A stretch of DNA of 64,000 bases from Octopus vulgaris (GCA_951406725.2 OX597818.1:137764001-137828000); one strand, 5' to 3'. Positions 40,129-54,618 are shown, counted from the first letter of the stretch. Notes: generated from the letters alone by a model not told the origin. Program-made: numbers and translations.

Positions 40129-41689
40129 ATGCACTGGGCCTTATACTGTCGAGAAGCTATCTGGTGGCCGTTACTTATTTGTGGTTCTGTCTGTGTAGAA
40201 CACTTCTGGTCTCCTCCGAAATCACATCTCTGAAGAATTGATAACCTTTTCTACTTGTTTGCTGATGTTCCATGTAATCGCAATCATATGTAAGGATGGG
40301 TTGTATGTATTCCCTAGGACTCTTTTTTATCTTATCGATTGCTGTATATTTGATATACTTGATTTCACCACACGAATTTGAATTTTTTAGTCAGTCACAT
40401 TTGATACAAAATATAATGGCTTTTAACACAAAATAATGCAGACTACCTCAAATACACCAGACTCATATCACAAATAAGACATAACGAAAACACTAACACC
40501 AATTTACTCCAGTTTGAGACACTTTGGTCCAGAGTTTGCTTCATCTCACGGCTGTCAGCGAAGGATTCATCTAATAATATTGGTGATCCTTCACCGTTTA
40601 ACACAAACACTTGGCGCTTCTTGGGTATCTGTATCGAAGAGAAAGCTTCAGTTATCATTTGAGTCTGAGAAAAATTTCCTCCTCTCATTCACCTTTTTCC
40701 GTAGTCTCTGACAAGTGTCATGAATGTTCTTCTCTATCCAAGTCACTTACAAAACAGTAAATAAACTAAACAGACAAACTTCATAGAATTTTTGATAAGA
40801 ATATCATAAATTAAAACAATTATTTCAATTCAGGAAAATTGAATAAACCTCCTATCGATTCTAAAATGAAATCCAATGAAGACCATGTGTAGAAACTGTC
40901 ACATACCCTGTATAGCATCAGTCTTTCCATATCCTACCATCAAGCAAGGCCAGACACGGGCAACCTTTTTTCGAGAAGCGAGTCGCATGAGACATGATTC
41001 TTCAGCAGGTAGGTCGAACGACTAAAAAATTTGGTGGTAATTTTTCGTTAGGTATTCCATTCATATAATCCCAAGGGCCGCAGATTGCTTGTGGCTAGAC
41101 TATACATTTAAATATCAACGCGTTGGCGCTTGTAAATACAAACAGGCTCCTCAAATAGGGATTGATTCATTGTCATAAAGTCCACAGTATTCTAAAATAT
41201 TTCGTTCATTGCCTTGCAGTGATCACTCAATACAAATGATTCCTAGATTAAACTAATCATGCTCTGACCATATCACAGATCGATCGCCTATTGACAGATA
41301 TGTCTCTAGTCGTAAATAATTAAGAAATCGACCTGGCGTGCGGTTTGCATAAATTTGATTTATTAAATTTAATAAAGAACTGAGCAATGTAACTCAAATT
41401 AATATCTAATAAATGACTTTTTTTTTCACATGATTTTGGATCAAATCACTTCACCAAACATATTAAGTGAAAGGTCATTTAAAAACTTAAGAATTCTTGA
41501 TATTGTTGTTTAAATTACGGTTGTTGTAACTTATTCTTCGGAAAACTCTGTACAAAAACATCTAATATACTTCGGCTCTGACGAAAGTAGCATTAGTTTT
41601 CTTAGGTCGTTCAATTTTCTCAACTGATCAAAAGACCAATTAATTAAACCTATCAGTAATGTACCTATAATGACTGCAGGAAACAGCTG

Positions 41690-43730
41690 TTAGCCATTGA
41701 AGGTCGTCATGAAGAAACTTGTCGGGAAGGCACAGACATGTGCAATCCCAGGCAGGTCGATCGAAGATAATCTTCACCTTCTACGCTACACTATAGACAG
41801 GGTTGGGCAATTAGCCGGCAAAGGAGGGGCATTGGTCCATTTAGACCAAAGTAAAGCATTTGATAGGGTAGATCATCAGTACCTGGCGACGGTTCTCGAA
41901 GCGGCTGGGCTAGGCCCTGACTTTCGCGGGTGGATATCAGCTATGTACAGCGGTATCAAGTCCACAGTCCAGATAAACGGTTACTTAACGGAACCGTTTT
42001 CGATTAAGCGTTCAGTTCGTCAAGGATGTCCCTTGTCCCCTCTCCTGTACGTTTTGGCTCTTGAGCCATTGCTGCGGAAGTTGGAGACGGTGGGATGCGA
42101 TCCTAATGAAATCGGATGCGGTAAGTCTGTTTCTGCGTATGCGGATGACGTCACCTTCATCATCGTGTCCAACGAAGCACAACTAACTCGTGTAGAGGGT
42201 GCTCTCCGAAGATACGAAGCGGTGGCAGGGGCAAAAGTTAACAAGGACAAGTCCACTGGTTTGCGCCTCGGCACCTGGAGGAACAAATCGATATCGTCCA
42301 GTGTTGTTGGACACTGGACAGATGGTCCTGTGAAATTGCTTGGAGGTTGGTTTGGTTCAGACTCCCAGACGGAGAAAAATTGGAGCGAGGTAGTGACCAA
42401 GGTAGAAGCCATAGTACGGAAGTGGTCCGGAAGGCATCTTTCCTTGAAAGGGAGGGCGGAAGTGGTACAAGTGTTTATAGCATCTGTCATCACCTATCGC
42501 CTGACCGTCGTGCCTTGCCCCGATTCGTGGCTAAGCAAGTTGGATCGACTCCTTTTCCGCTTTTTGTGGAAGGGAGGAAAGCCACTTGTAAGGCGCTCCG
42601 TGTGTTGCCAGGAACCACTAAAGGGTGGGTTGGGGATGCCTTGGTTAATGATGCGCAGGCATGCGCTGAAACTGAGACATCTCTGGTTTCACCTGGAAGG
42701 TGATAAGGTGTGGAGTCCGCTGGCAGATAAATTCTTCCCGCGACCGGACTCTATGGAGAGATTTAAACCCGGTTTCATTAAAAGACGGAATCTGACTTTA
42801 TAGCAGAAAGAGTGCCGACAGGCACTCTGGCTGATCCACAAGATAGGCAAAACCGGCAGCGGGAATACCACCTCGACATTTTATAGAAGGATGGTAGAGG
42901 CAAAAAATGACGACATCCTAAGAGGGGCTCTGGGGTTCGATGAGGATCAACTATCCGACCTGTTTAAGAAGACTTTCAAGCCGGGGTATTTGGACAATTA
43001 CCAAAAATCCCTGACTTGGCAGTGCTATAGGAGTGCTCTACCTGTTCGCGATAAGTTATATAGGCATGGAATGTCAGTGTCACCGACATGTCCAAGATGT
43101 GGGTTGGACGATGAAACCGTTCAGCACGCTTTTGTACATTGTCAGGAGCTGTCAGGCTTAATAAGTTACGTAGAACACGTGTTGTCGCATCTGGGACGAG
43201 TACAGCTATCGGCTGGTTCTATAATAAAGATGATACCGCCAGCTGGACTCTCAAAGGAAGGTGAGGCTTGTTTTCACTGTACGGTGGAAGTACTGAAAGA
43301 GTGTGTGTGGAGAACTAGATTGGAAGGTTTGGTGTCAGGATCCTTTGTCTCTGGATATGGTATGTTAAAATACTTCAGATACCATCTAAAGAGCAAGATG
43401 GATTTGGAGAAGAGGAACCTGACACAGAAAAAGTATGTGAATCGATGGAAGGATGTGATAAAAAAGGTGGGTGTGAGTAACCCTGCTTGGTCATCATGAA
43501 AGGAGAAAATAGTCTCTGGGCTCTTAGGCTGTCGGGTAAGAATCCTGACTGTGATATACCTATCTGGCCAAAATCATTTTTATTTTTTAAAAAAAGGAGA
43601 AAAGTAAAGTCTAGTATCATAATCAACATATGTAAATATCAAACGAACAACGTAAACTTTTTGTAATTATGTTTTGTATTGTAATGTACTATCTCTGTAA
43701 CGATTTTTATAATCATAATAAAGATTTTAT
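41690..43730 (+). mobile_element. L1/Tx1-clade LINE, 5'-truncated ORF2 (RT + zf-RVT) with one premature stop, plus 3'UTR
   Basis: GRSIEDN, LDQSKAFDRVDH, VRQGCPLSPLLY, AYADD, CPRCGLDDETVQHAFVHC; ORFs 41697-42803 and 42891-43499 share a frame; aataaa then (TA)n. Confidence 0.92.
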
Positions 43731-44084
43731 ATATATATATATATATGTGTATGTGTGTGTGTGTGCGTGCGAGCATGCTTTTCTATGTGTGTACCGGTGT
43801 GCGTGCGTGAGTGTGTATATTCGTGCATGTCCGTTTTATAGTAGAGTAGTAAGGTATTTTGGATTAGAGCTAGAAGAGTTTAGAGTTTAGGGACAGAATT
43901 TTAAGATATCCAATAGAGTGTATTAGAATATAAGACTAGGACGTTTTAGAGAATAGGAGTAGAGATTTTGTTGTTAATGTGTAGGTTTTTTAAGAATATA
44001 AGAATAATGGGTATATTAGAATATACTGGAGCATTGGTGTAGGGGATTAGATATAGGTGCTGAAGGTTTTAGATTACAGTATGT

Positions 44085-44322
44085 CTTTTACTTGTTTCAG
44101 TCATTTGACTGCGGCCATGCTGGAGCAATACCTTTAGTCGAGCAAATCGACCCCAGGACTTATTCTTTGTAAGCCTAGTACTTATTCTATCGTTGTCTTT
44201 TGCCGAACCGCTAAGTTACTGGAACGTAAACACACCAGCACCGGTTGTCGTGCAATGTTGGGGGACAAACACAAACACACACACACACACACACACATAC
44301 ACACACGCACACACACACACAC

Positions 44323-44416
<94 letters not shown>

Positions 44417-44585
44417 GTATCTTGTATACGACGGGCTTCTTTCAGTTTCCGTCTACCAAATCCACTCACAAGGCTTTGGTCGGCTCGAACCTATACTAGA
44501 AGACACTTACCCAAAATGCCAGGCAGTGGGACTGAACCCGGAACTATGTTATTGGTAAGCAAGCTCTTACCACACAGCCACTCCG
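44085..44585 (-). mobile_element. SINE family A with expanded internal (TA)n/(TG)n
   Basis: Reverse complement of family A. Confidence 0.88.
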
Positions 44586-46029
44586 AAGAAATTTTAAAAT
44601 GTACCGTGCTAGAACATGAGGTAAGGGTACTTAGAGGATAATTTTATGCTAAGTAGTCGTTTCCATGATCAACTATATATATATGACTATAGTTTTGGAG
44701 TGATGGGGGTCTTTTAAAAATAAAAAATATCGGTCTCGAAAGGGTAAGAATAATAAAGATAAAGATTATCTCGGTGAGATTAGAACTTACAACGTACGAT
44801 GCTGGTATTAATTACCACAATGAATTTAGCTAGTTGCTCTACCGATTCTACTACTCACTATTGCTAAAGAAGGGAAGTTATTTAGTTTGACATGCACCGT
44901 TTCTTTACTCCATGATATATGTTTAGGCTAACCACAGTAACGAGACAGAAAACTGATAATGAGCGAAGGTGGCGGGGAGACGAAGTCGAGTGAAAAAGAG
45001 AGCATGGATGAATGGACAGCTGAAGGAGTGGTTTCAATGTAGCTTCTCTCCTTGAAACTGGTTTTATTAATAACTCACTTCTAAGTTGTCTTTTGTGATA
45101 TCTCTCGAATTCGTAAATATTGGAAAATATCAGGTAATTTCGAACGTATTCCCGTCTCTTCATTTGTCCACTCCGTCATGTAAATACTTGAGCAATTGAA
45201 CCATAAGTATCTTCAAGTAGGTGTATCTCCTCGGCGATTTTCTAATATTTCAGACCCATATTGTTGACATTCCACTCGAAATGTTAGTTCAAGCAACATT
45301 GTAAGTAACGTTTCGAAAAATCTCTTACCAGTGAATCTATTTCGTGCGAAGGGCAGAAGCGTTAGAGTATAATGACGTTGATGATAATCTGTTTGAAGAT
45401 GAACAGCAATTCTGGATTGAGATGACACTAGGTGTCTAAAAGCTACGTTGCAGTTGACTGATTTCTGCAGCACTTTAGCTTGCTTTCAGTACTTGAGAAC
45501 TGAGTGACTGTCATAACATAGATCTCATCACCCCCGAAAAACCAGTGGAGAATCATTGTAATGACATCGTTATAAACTTCGCAATATTACTTTTTATATG
45601 GAGGTTGCTGGAGTGAATTAATCAATAATAGTGTGTGACAATGCATTAAAAGTATATAAGTTAGTTACTCAATGTCCTGAGTTCGAATCATACCGAGGGT
45701 AGATTTTTGGCTTTATGCATTAGGTATTGATGTGATAGCAGTAATATACTATGGACAGGACAATACATTATAGCTCCACACTAAGAAGAAAAAATGCATT
45801 AATGTCTTAATTCGAATACAGCACTTGTGATTATTTTTTTTAATACAGTACCTGCTTGTGGTAAAGGGAAATCCGGTGAAGTCAAAGAAGAACCGATTAC
45901 AAGCCAACAAGAAATACCCTCTACAGAAGTCTGATCAACAAAAATAGCAACCGAATCGCCATAAAATAACATATTACCATCTTAAGAAAAGGAAGACATA
46001 TTAGATAATATATTCTTGTAAGGCATTGT

Positions 46030-46250
46030 AAGGCAGCGAGTGGACAGAAACGGTATCGCGTCGAACAAAATGCTTAGCAGCATTTCGTCCTTCTTTACGA
46101 TCGAAGTTCTAATTCAATCGAGGTCGGCTTTGCCTTTCATCCTTCGGGGTCGATAAAAGAAAGTACAGTCAAGTATTGCGCTCAACGTAACATTTCCTTC
46201 TCCTCCATCCAAATTTCTGGTCTTGTACCTATATTAGACAGGATATTCAT
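46030..46250 (+). mobile_element. Diverged SINE family B
   Basis: ggcagcgagtggacagaaacg...tgcctttcatccttcggggtcgataa. Confidence 0.7.
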
Positions 46251-47289
46251 AGACACTACGCCTAAAGAACTAGGTAAAAGACGAGATAGTCATGGCTAAA
46301 ATATCTTTGACCCTCTGTCAGGATTCACCATAAGCTAAATAACAATAAAGTGTTCGGGATTTATCTAAGTAACCAAGAGAATCCACATTAACATAAGACA
46401 TCTCAGTACAAATTCTTTTTCAGATATTTAATCATCCACGACTTGCGAACGTTTCCCTATTTGTTTTATCGTAGTCAAAGGAGAAAGACCTGAAATTATG
46501 ACACTTTTAAGGGTCTCTGATGCCGATGGAAGTAAGAAATGGAAGAAACTATCCTTTGAATGAAGGCCTTCAAATGGAATTGAGTGGACACTATTATACT
46601 TACAGAAGGACAAGCGAGAGTGTTAAACTGAAAAAATTAATTAAATCCAACACCCAAAAATCATATGCGGTCACTCCGGCTGGCTTGTAAACAATGTTTA
46701 CTAAATTTAAGTGATATGACTTTGACAGACTCGAGGCTATGTTAAAAAGCGCAGGGCTCAAGTGCAGTGCAGCGGGTGTTAGTTCGAAAGAAATAAATCT
46801 GAAGCGAATTTTCACAGTTATAATGTTAACATTTTACAGATATCTTGGATCTGTTATCTATGTTCAATTTTCTATAGCGCTGTGCCAAATAGAGACAAGC
46901 TGCTTACTTAAACAAATAGCAAAGCTTTAAAACATTGCAGAGTTTAAAGAAATGGCAAAATAAAATGGTAAAATTTAAAACTTATATGTTACAAAACCTC
47001 TTGTAACATATAAATTCAATAAACGTACTTACATTTAATAACGCAAATAAATATATATTAATACTGACTCCACACGGTTAATAAACTGCGACAAAGAACC
47101 TGAGTTGATAAGAGATTGTGTTATGTTTGCTTTTGAGTGGAGAAGTTACGTAGACGCAGGTCAGAGTTTTAGGTTGACTGTTTTCAAACAGCCGAGCAAA
47201 AGCGTTAATCAAAAGCTAGTCCAAACTTATGAGTTGATCCTAAAGCACTGAAGGAGGCCAAACTGAACATTAAGATCGTTGAAAAGCCA

Positions 47290-47760
47290 GGATGCTCCAT
47301 CAGATCACAACTATGAAGGACGTACACCTCTGGGAATACTACAGGGACCAATGATAACTCCATGGTATGTAAGATTAACCCTGGTATTAACTGGAAAATT
47401 AGAAATGTAGTCTACAGCATAAGGTGCATAGAGGGAGCTTGTAAAGATAAAAAACATAATATAGATAGGTGAGACATCTAGAAGCATTGCGGAGAGATTA
47501 AATGACACATTTGAGAAATTATGACGACAAAAAAAAAGCATTCCATACCCTAGCAACATGCCAAAGTTCAACATGGAGGCACACTGGGTCAACTAGATAT
47601 CCACATTTTATCCAAGGACCCAACGCTCAGACAAATACAGGAGTACGTCCTCATAATGAAACAATCCCCAATACTAAATAGGAAATATACGTAGAAGGTA
47701 GTCATACCCCAATACCCACAGTTTATATATACTCAGTTGTTAGTAAGCTGATATGCAGAC
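47290..47760 (+). mobile_element. Decayed PLE 3' fragment (GIY-YIG), related to 26800-27250
   Basis: ataggtgagacatctagaagcattgcggagagattaaatgac matches the IGETSRSIAERLNE-coding segment; ctcagacaaatacaggagtacgtcct also shared. Confidence 0.75.
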
Positions 47761-47892
47761 GTATATGTATGTGTGTGTGTATGTGTATATATATATACAT
47801 ATATATTTATATATATTGGTAAATGGATACATATATATATATATATTTATAGGTAAATGGATATATATATATATAGGTAAATGGTATATATA

Positions 47893-47930
<38 letters not shown>

Positions 47931-47937
47931 GTATATA

Positions 47938-48227
47938 TCACCGTGATCACCGTGACCGACCAAGCGAACAGATGTTGCTACACATCGCTGGTCACAATGC
48001 GCTTCACATTGTTTTAACCTTCAAATGACGCCACCCCGCTGGCTAAGCGAGTAGGCCAACATAAGAAAGAGTGAGAGAAAGTTGTGGCGAAAGAGTACTG
48101 CAGGGATCACCACCACCCCCTGCCGGAGCCTCGTGGAGCTTTAGGAGTTTTCGCTCAATAAACACTCACAACGCGATCCTACGACCGCGAGTCCGCTGCC
48201 CTAACCACTGGGCCATTGCAGCTCCAC
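47938..48227 (-). mobile_element. SINE family C variant (different 3' part, internal deletion)
   Basis: Family C head ctgccctaaccactgggccattgc; distinct tail. Confidence 0.75.
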
Positions 48228-48245
48228 GTATATGTATATTTATAT

Positions 48246-49414
48246 TGTTACGCAAGGGGTGGGACCTCCTATTCGAACTGTTACGGAAATCCTCACACAG
48301 GCCCGTTCGATGCAGCGAATAAGCTACGGAAACTCGTCGGAGAGAGGAGAGAGAGAGGAGATATACACAACAACAACAACAGCAGCAGCCCAGAGGCAAT
48401 CGAGAGAGGCAGACACAAACGGCAAGGCAACACTGGCAACAACTACTGGCTTACGTCTAACAACAGTTTATATGACAATCAATTGTTACAACATCAAGAT
48501 ACATCAACGCATTTAAGGGAAACCACAAATCAATACATCATACAACAGATCAAAGCATTTAAACATGCATGTAACAATATAACAGTCCGGTAACGACACA
48601 ACAAGTCATATATATGAGCATTTCAAAGGTACACGTCCGAAGACACAGTTCTTTTTCAAAACACATCACAGATAACGTTCACAGTTCTTTAAAGTCTTTT
48701 TCTACACATATCAACACAATTCTGAACATAAATACCACAACTCGATAATCGACATATCGACAAGTCCTTGACTGTTCTTTTCACTGTTCAATACACCAAT
48801 TCTTTTCACTGTCTCTTTACATCGTGACACGTATCAATACATAATCAAATACCTTAATTCCTAATTGAATCGCCAGTGTCCCATATTGCACCTCATCTCT
48901 CCGTACCGCTAATTCCTCTGTACATATTCCCCTCTGTGCCGCCAAGCTCTCGCATCCCAACTTGCTCCTAAAATTCCAACTCCTTGCCGACTTCCAAGAT
49001 CCGTCTGTGCTCTTTGACGACCGACTACCAACTACCTCAAAACCTCACTTGCTCTCTCTCCTTCACACTACCCTCTCTATCTGCCCTGGTCCCTAACTGC
49101 CTATCTCTATCGCCCGCTGCCTATCACCCTCTCATGACAGCTCTGCCATACTCTCTGCCTGTCCTCCTCTCTCACTGCTAATATCCTCTCTATCTGCCCA
49201 TAGATTCCTTACTCTATCTTTCTCACTACTTTTCTTCCTCTTCTTCAAGGGGTGTCTAGGACGACCTCCAATCGACCGCACAAGGCCAAAAAGGTCCCTC
49301 CAAAACCCCATCAATCTGCCAGCAAACAAAGGGCTGTCTCTTTTCTTCCAGAACTGCCGGCACCATCATTCACGAAGTGGGTCAGAAATACTGCACTAGC
49401 CAAAACCCATAACA
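48246..49414. mobile_element. Probable solo LTR
   Basis: Termini TGTTA...TAACA, 4-bp ATAT on both sides, no ORF; TSD is weak evidence because the flanks are TA-rich. Confidence 0.6.
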
Positions 49415-49729
49415 ATATATATACATATATATACATATACATATATATATATATATGTATATATATGTATATATGTATATGTATATATATGTATATATGT
49501 ATATGTATATATATGTATATATATGTATATATATATTTATATATATATAAACAAACAAACAAACAAAAAGAACGCAGCTCTGACAACGGACGGAGTCAAC
49601 GACTTTTGAAAAGGTTGCAAGACGCAACGAAAAGTTTAGAAAAAGTAAAAAAGTAAATGAGTGGAAATCGAACCGGTATGTTAAATTGTTAAATAAGGTA
49701 CTAAAAGATAATGATTCTCCCCAGACACA

Positions 49730-49818
<89 letters not shown>

Positions 49819-50616
49819 ATAGAGGGAGAGAAAGGAGGAGATTGATTGATAGATTATTTTTGCAAGGATAAAGGTAATTGTGACTTCGAAGGTTCAGCTC
49901 ATTAGCTTTTTTTCTGACTGTGTAACAAAGTTTACTGAGCCGAAATTTTATCGGCAAGGTTTATTTTATTATTTTATTTACTCCGAAAGGATGAAAAACG
50001 CGGTGTGCTCAAAGCCGTTTTAACGACATTGTAAGTTCTCGGGAAAATAAATATACTGTGCCCCAGAGTATTTATTTGTTGGCACCAAGGTAAAGCATAC
50101 ACAGATCTGTATCGGTTCTCTAAACCCATGACGACCCTGGGCAACTGCGCACTGTGCCTCTGCTTGAAGAAGGCATTAGGTATACGTAGATAAAATTTTG
50201 AACTCAGACTAATGTGTGACGTAACGAAATGCAACAAGATATTTTGTCCTAATTTTGTTTTCTCTCCGCTTATTTTACCGCTACAAAAACGGCCTCTGCC
50301 TCCCTGAACTACCTAATTGCATGCCACCTCCACATTTTCCAACCCTGTCCCCATTTTTCCTGTTCTTTATTCGCAGTGAAAATTAAGCCTTGACACAATT
50401 TCTCCCTCGAACAATAACGCTCTGGAATTCTCTCAGACTCATGTTTTTCCATGATTCTCTACTCCAAATGTGAATAACATCCGTAACAACCTCACAACTT
50501 AAAGAACCTGTAAAACGCGTGAGTATTGCTCTTTTCTCAACACTCAGCCCACTTTGAAATCACAACCAAGCTTGTTTTCATTAGTTACAAACAAAAAGAA
50601 TATGATGGACATCTTT

Positions 50617-51003
50617 TATATTTTACTTGTTTCATTCAGTGGACTATGGCCATGCTGGGGCACCGGCTTGGAGAATTTTTTAATCGAATATAATGACCTC
50701 CGTACTTATTTTTCGTAGCCTGGTACTTATTTACTCTATCGGGCTCTTTTGCTGTACCACTAGGTTACAGGGGTGTGCACTCGCGCTTCGGTTCTCAAGT
50801 GGTGGTGAGCAACAAACAAACACACACGCACACACACACATGTATACGACAAGCTTCATTTAGTTACCATCTACTAAATACACTCAGAACGTTTTATTCG
50901 GCCCGATTTTATAGTAGAAGACACCTGCCCAAGGTGCCAGTTAGTGGAGCTGAACCTGGAACCATTTGGTCAGGAAGCAAGCTTCTTACCACTGAGCCAC
51001 AGC
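50617..51003 (-). mobile_element. Diverged SINE family A
   Basis: ggccatgctggggcacc...agaagacacctgcccaaggtgcc...cttaccac. Confidence 0.7.
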
Positions 51004-52152
51004 ATATTCGATAATAAATATTATATAAACCAATATACACTTTACGTGACGAATAGCAGTTGCTCATGTAAAAAAATGCTTCTCATCACAAATATGTTTG
51101 ATTGGAGTTGACCTAGGGCTAGATAACATGAATAACAAGAACATCAGAACTTCATGAAAAATTTTAATATTCCTGTCTTTTCTAGTTACTTTTGCAATGT
51201 ATTGAAATGCAACGGCTTCAACTAGAAATCGATACTGGCACAAGAACCTCATCTCGCTTGGCAGAAGCTTCCTGTTTTAATATGTTTGCTATGCACTACT
51301 GGAAAAATATTGAAATTTTCATATTTTTTCCTTCTTGATGTTTAGCTATTTATTTAAGCAAATTGACATCGACAGTGAGAGGAAATCACATGGTACAGGT
51401 CACATCTCTCGGCCAATCAACGTCACACTTATATAATTGTATAACTGCCTCTGGGTTTTGACAAGGGAGAAGATAACGCAATTGTGGCTTAATCGGTTCT
51501 AGTTCCTGCCGTGAAAACCAAGAAGGCAGACAAAACAAAACACGTATAAGGATATTTAAGGTGTGGCGTGGGGATAGGGAGTGGTGGGGGTGAGCAGGCG
51601 CGGTGTGACATGGAATGAATAAAATGGGATGCGGCGGTGAGGGTTGCAACAACCACACAAACAACATTAGCAACGCAAATACATAAAACGAAAGAAAATT
51701 TATGATAGTAAAAATTACGAGAAAAATGGACGAAAAGCAATAAATGAGCTAATGAGTGAATGAAATAAGAAAAACATCAGATGAAGAATTTGAGTATAAA
51801 TATATATAAAAAAGAGAAAATCTATTATAAAAAGGATAGAAAAAATTAGGAGAAGAATGGAAGAATGACAGTAAAAATAAAATAAAAGCTCACTTGACAG
51901 CAGAAGCAAGTGGAATGATATAAATATATCAAATACGTGAAGAATGATAGAATGAAAGGAAAGACTAAAATGTAAAAATGCGAAGGAATGATTAAAATAA
52001 GTGTATGGTTAAATGAAAATGAAAAATCATAAGTAATTAATTAATTAGTTAATTGAAAATTAATGAAAGAATGATTTATAAAGAAAAGAATGTAAATAAA
52101 GGAGGTTATAAGGAAAGAATAGAAAATGTTATTAATGAATGACGGAAAGTAA

Positions 52153-52537
52153 AGGCACAGGAGTGGCTGTGTGGTAAGTAGCTTGCTAACCAACCACATG
52201 GTTCTGGGTTCAGTCCCACTGCGTGGCATCTTGGGCAAATGTCTTCTGCTATAGCCCCAGGCCGACCAATGCCTTGTGAGTGGATTTGGTAGACGGAAAC
52301 TGACAGAAGCCTGTCGTATATATGTATATATGTATATATATATGTGTGCTTGTATGTTTGTGTGTTTGTGTGTGTGTGTGTTTGTCCCCCTAGCATTGCT
52401 TGACAACCGATGCTGGTGTGTTTACGTCCCCGTAACTTAGCGGTTCGGCAAAAGAAACCGATAAAACAAATACTGGGCTTACAAAGAATAAGTCCCGGGG
52501 TCGATTTGCTCAAATGACTGAAACAAGTAAAAGAGTA
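52153..52537 (+). mobile_element. SINE family A
   Basis: As above. Confidence 0.88.
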
Positions 52538-52844
52538 ATGATTAAAGAATAACAAATAAAGAATAACTAAGCAAAGAGTAAGAGATAACAGGAATTGATA
52601 AATGATTTAAATGGAATTAAAAGTAATTAAAATGTTAAAGAAACGAACGATATGGAAATATGTGAAGGAAAGGTCGAAGGAATGGCGGAAATTATTTATA
52701 AAGAATGAAAGGATTCGTTTATTACCAACGGAGTAATGCTAGTTGATGAAAGACAAGTCTGGAGTCACAAAGGAATAAACAAATGAGATAATCAAGGAGG
52801 ATATCGAAAGAATGGAAGGAAGAATGAGAAATAACCATAGCATA

Positions 52845-53230
52845 TGACATGGCTGTGTGGTTAAGAAATTCACTTTGCAACCACGTGGCTTAGGTTTCAG
52901 TCTCATTGCATGGTACTTTGGATAAGTGTAATCTTCTGTAGCACTGATCCGACCAAAGACTTACGAAGGAATTTAGTTGATGGAAACTGTGTGGAAGCCC
53001 GTCGTATATGTTTGTGTGTGTGTTTCAGTGTGAGTGTGTTTGTCATCGTCTTTGTTCCTACACCATTGCTTGACAATCTGTGCAGCTCGTATTCTAGTGG
53101 TTCGGCAATGACGACCGATAGAATAAGTGCCTAGCTTTAAAAGATAAGTACATGGGTCATTTTGTTTAACTAAGCCCTTCAAAAGGGTATCCAGCATGGC
53201 TGTTGTCCAATGATTAAAACAATAAAAGAA
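52845..53230 (+). mobile_element. Diverged SINE family A
   Basis: atggctgtgtggttaag...ggaaactg...ccagcatggc. Confidence 0.7.
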
Positions 53231-53899
53231 TACATTAGAGAAATTAAAATAGGAGGTTGGAAGAAAACACCGGAAGAATGGGAAGGGAAGAAAATAGCAA
53301 AGATGTTAGTAATGGTACCCCACTATGGGGTACCATCTCGGAAGGTTTACCCGAATAAATCGACCCCAGGATTTATATTCTAAGGTTAGGTACTTACCAT
53401 TTACTCTAGTAGCATTATATTTTGAAATGAATGACAGCCATCAAAGTCGTAAGGGTAATATAAAGGATAAGGGATTTGCAACATGAAACTAAGGGTCGAG
53501 TAAATATTTAAAAGGGGGCAAGTGACGTAAAGAATGATATGTAGATAAAATTGAAAAAAAAATGAAGACAGTAGAATACAAATAGAGAAAATATCAAGGG
53601 ATGAAAGGTTAAATGAAAAATATGTGTAGGTAAATGTGAGTGAATTTGTGATAGAACGAATGAAAAAACAAAAGAAAAACAGATCAAAGGAAAAATTTTT
53701 AAATGGTAGAGGGAAAGAAGGAGTTATGGAGAATGAAATTCAAGCATACTTAGACACACACACACAAACACACACACATGCACACATGTATAGTAAGGAA
53801 GTATAAATACAAAATTTGTGTGAATACAAGCAAAATGTAATGTTGTTTCTCCCTTTTGATATTATTCCAAGTGTCCTAATAGCAATAGGTGCTACATTC

Positions 53900-54310
53900 T
53901 TCTGATGTCTAACTCTAAGTCAACTCTTTTGGAATTAGGACTCTTCGCTAGATTATTCGTTAACATTGGTCGGATTTAGTATCGAACCATCGATGCTATC
54001 AGAAACTGGGATGCGTCCTGTTTGTGGTATGATTCAGGAGCGCCAGCTTGCACTGTTTGGCCACGTTGCTCGATTTTCCGAGGTAGACTCTGGCTACCCT
54101 GTTCTTTTCCCAGATGGTCTGGCTGGGTTGGCGGTTTGTGTTGGTCAAGCACATGCCACAGGGTCACTGTAGATAAGAAGGCATCTCGCGAAGATGGTGA
54201 CTAACTGGGACCTTGCTCGACTTATCACCTGGGATTCCCCAAATGATACCGACAAATAACAATGCGCTGCCACGACGTATGCCCCCTACCTAGGCACCTT
54301 ACCTGACATA
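53900..54310 (+). mobile_element. RTE-like LINE 3' fragment
   Basis: IQERQLALFGHVAR resembles the RTE C-terminal RLRWFGHV motif. Confidence 0.55.
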
Positions 54311-54349
54311 GCTCCAAGTCCTTATAAATTTGGTTGAGGACTAATTCAT

Positions 54350-54569
54350 ACTCTTTACTCTTTTACTCTTTTCCTTGTTTCAGTCATTTGACTGCGGCCA
54401 TGCTGGAGCACTGCCTTTAATCGAGCAACTCGACCGCGGGACTTATTCTTTTGTAAGCCTATTACTTATTCTATCGGTCTCTTTTGCCGAACCACTAAGT
54501 GACGGGGACATAAACACACCAGCATCGGTTGTCAAGCAATGCTACGGGGACAAACACAGACACACAAAC

Positions 54570-54618
<49 letters not shown>

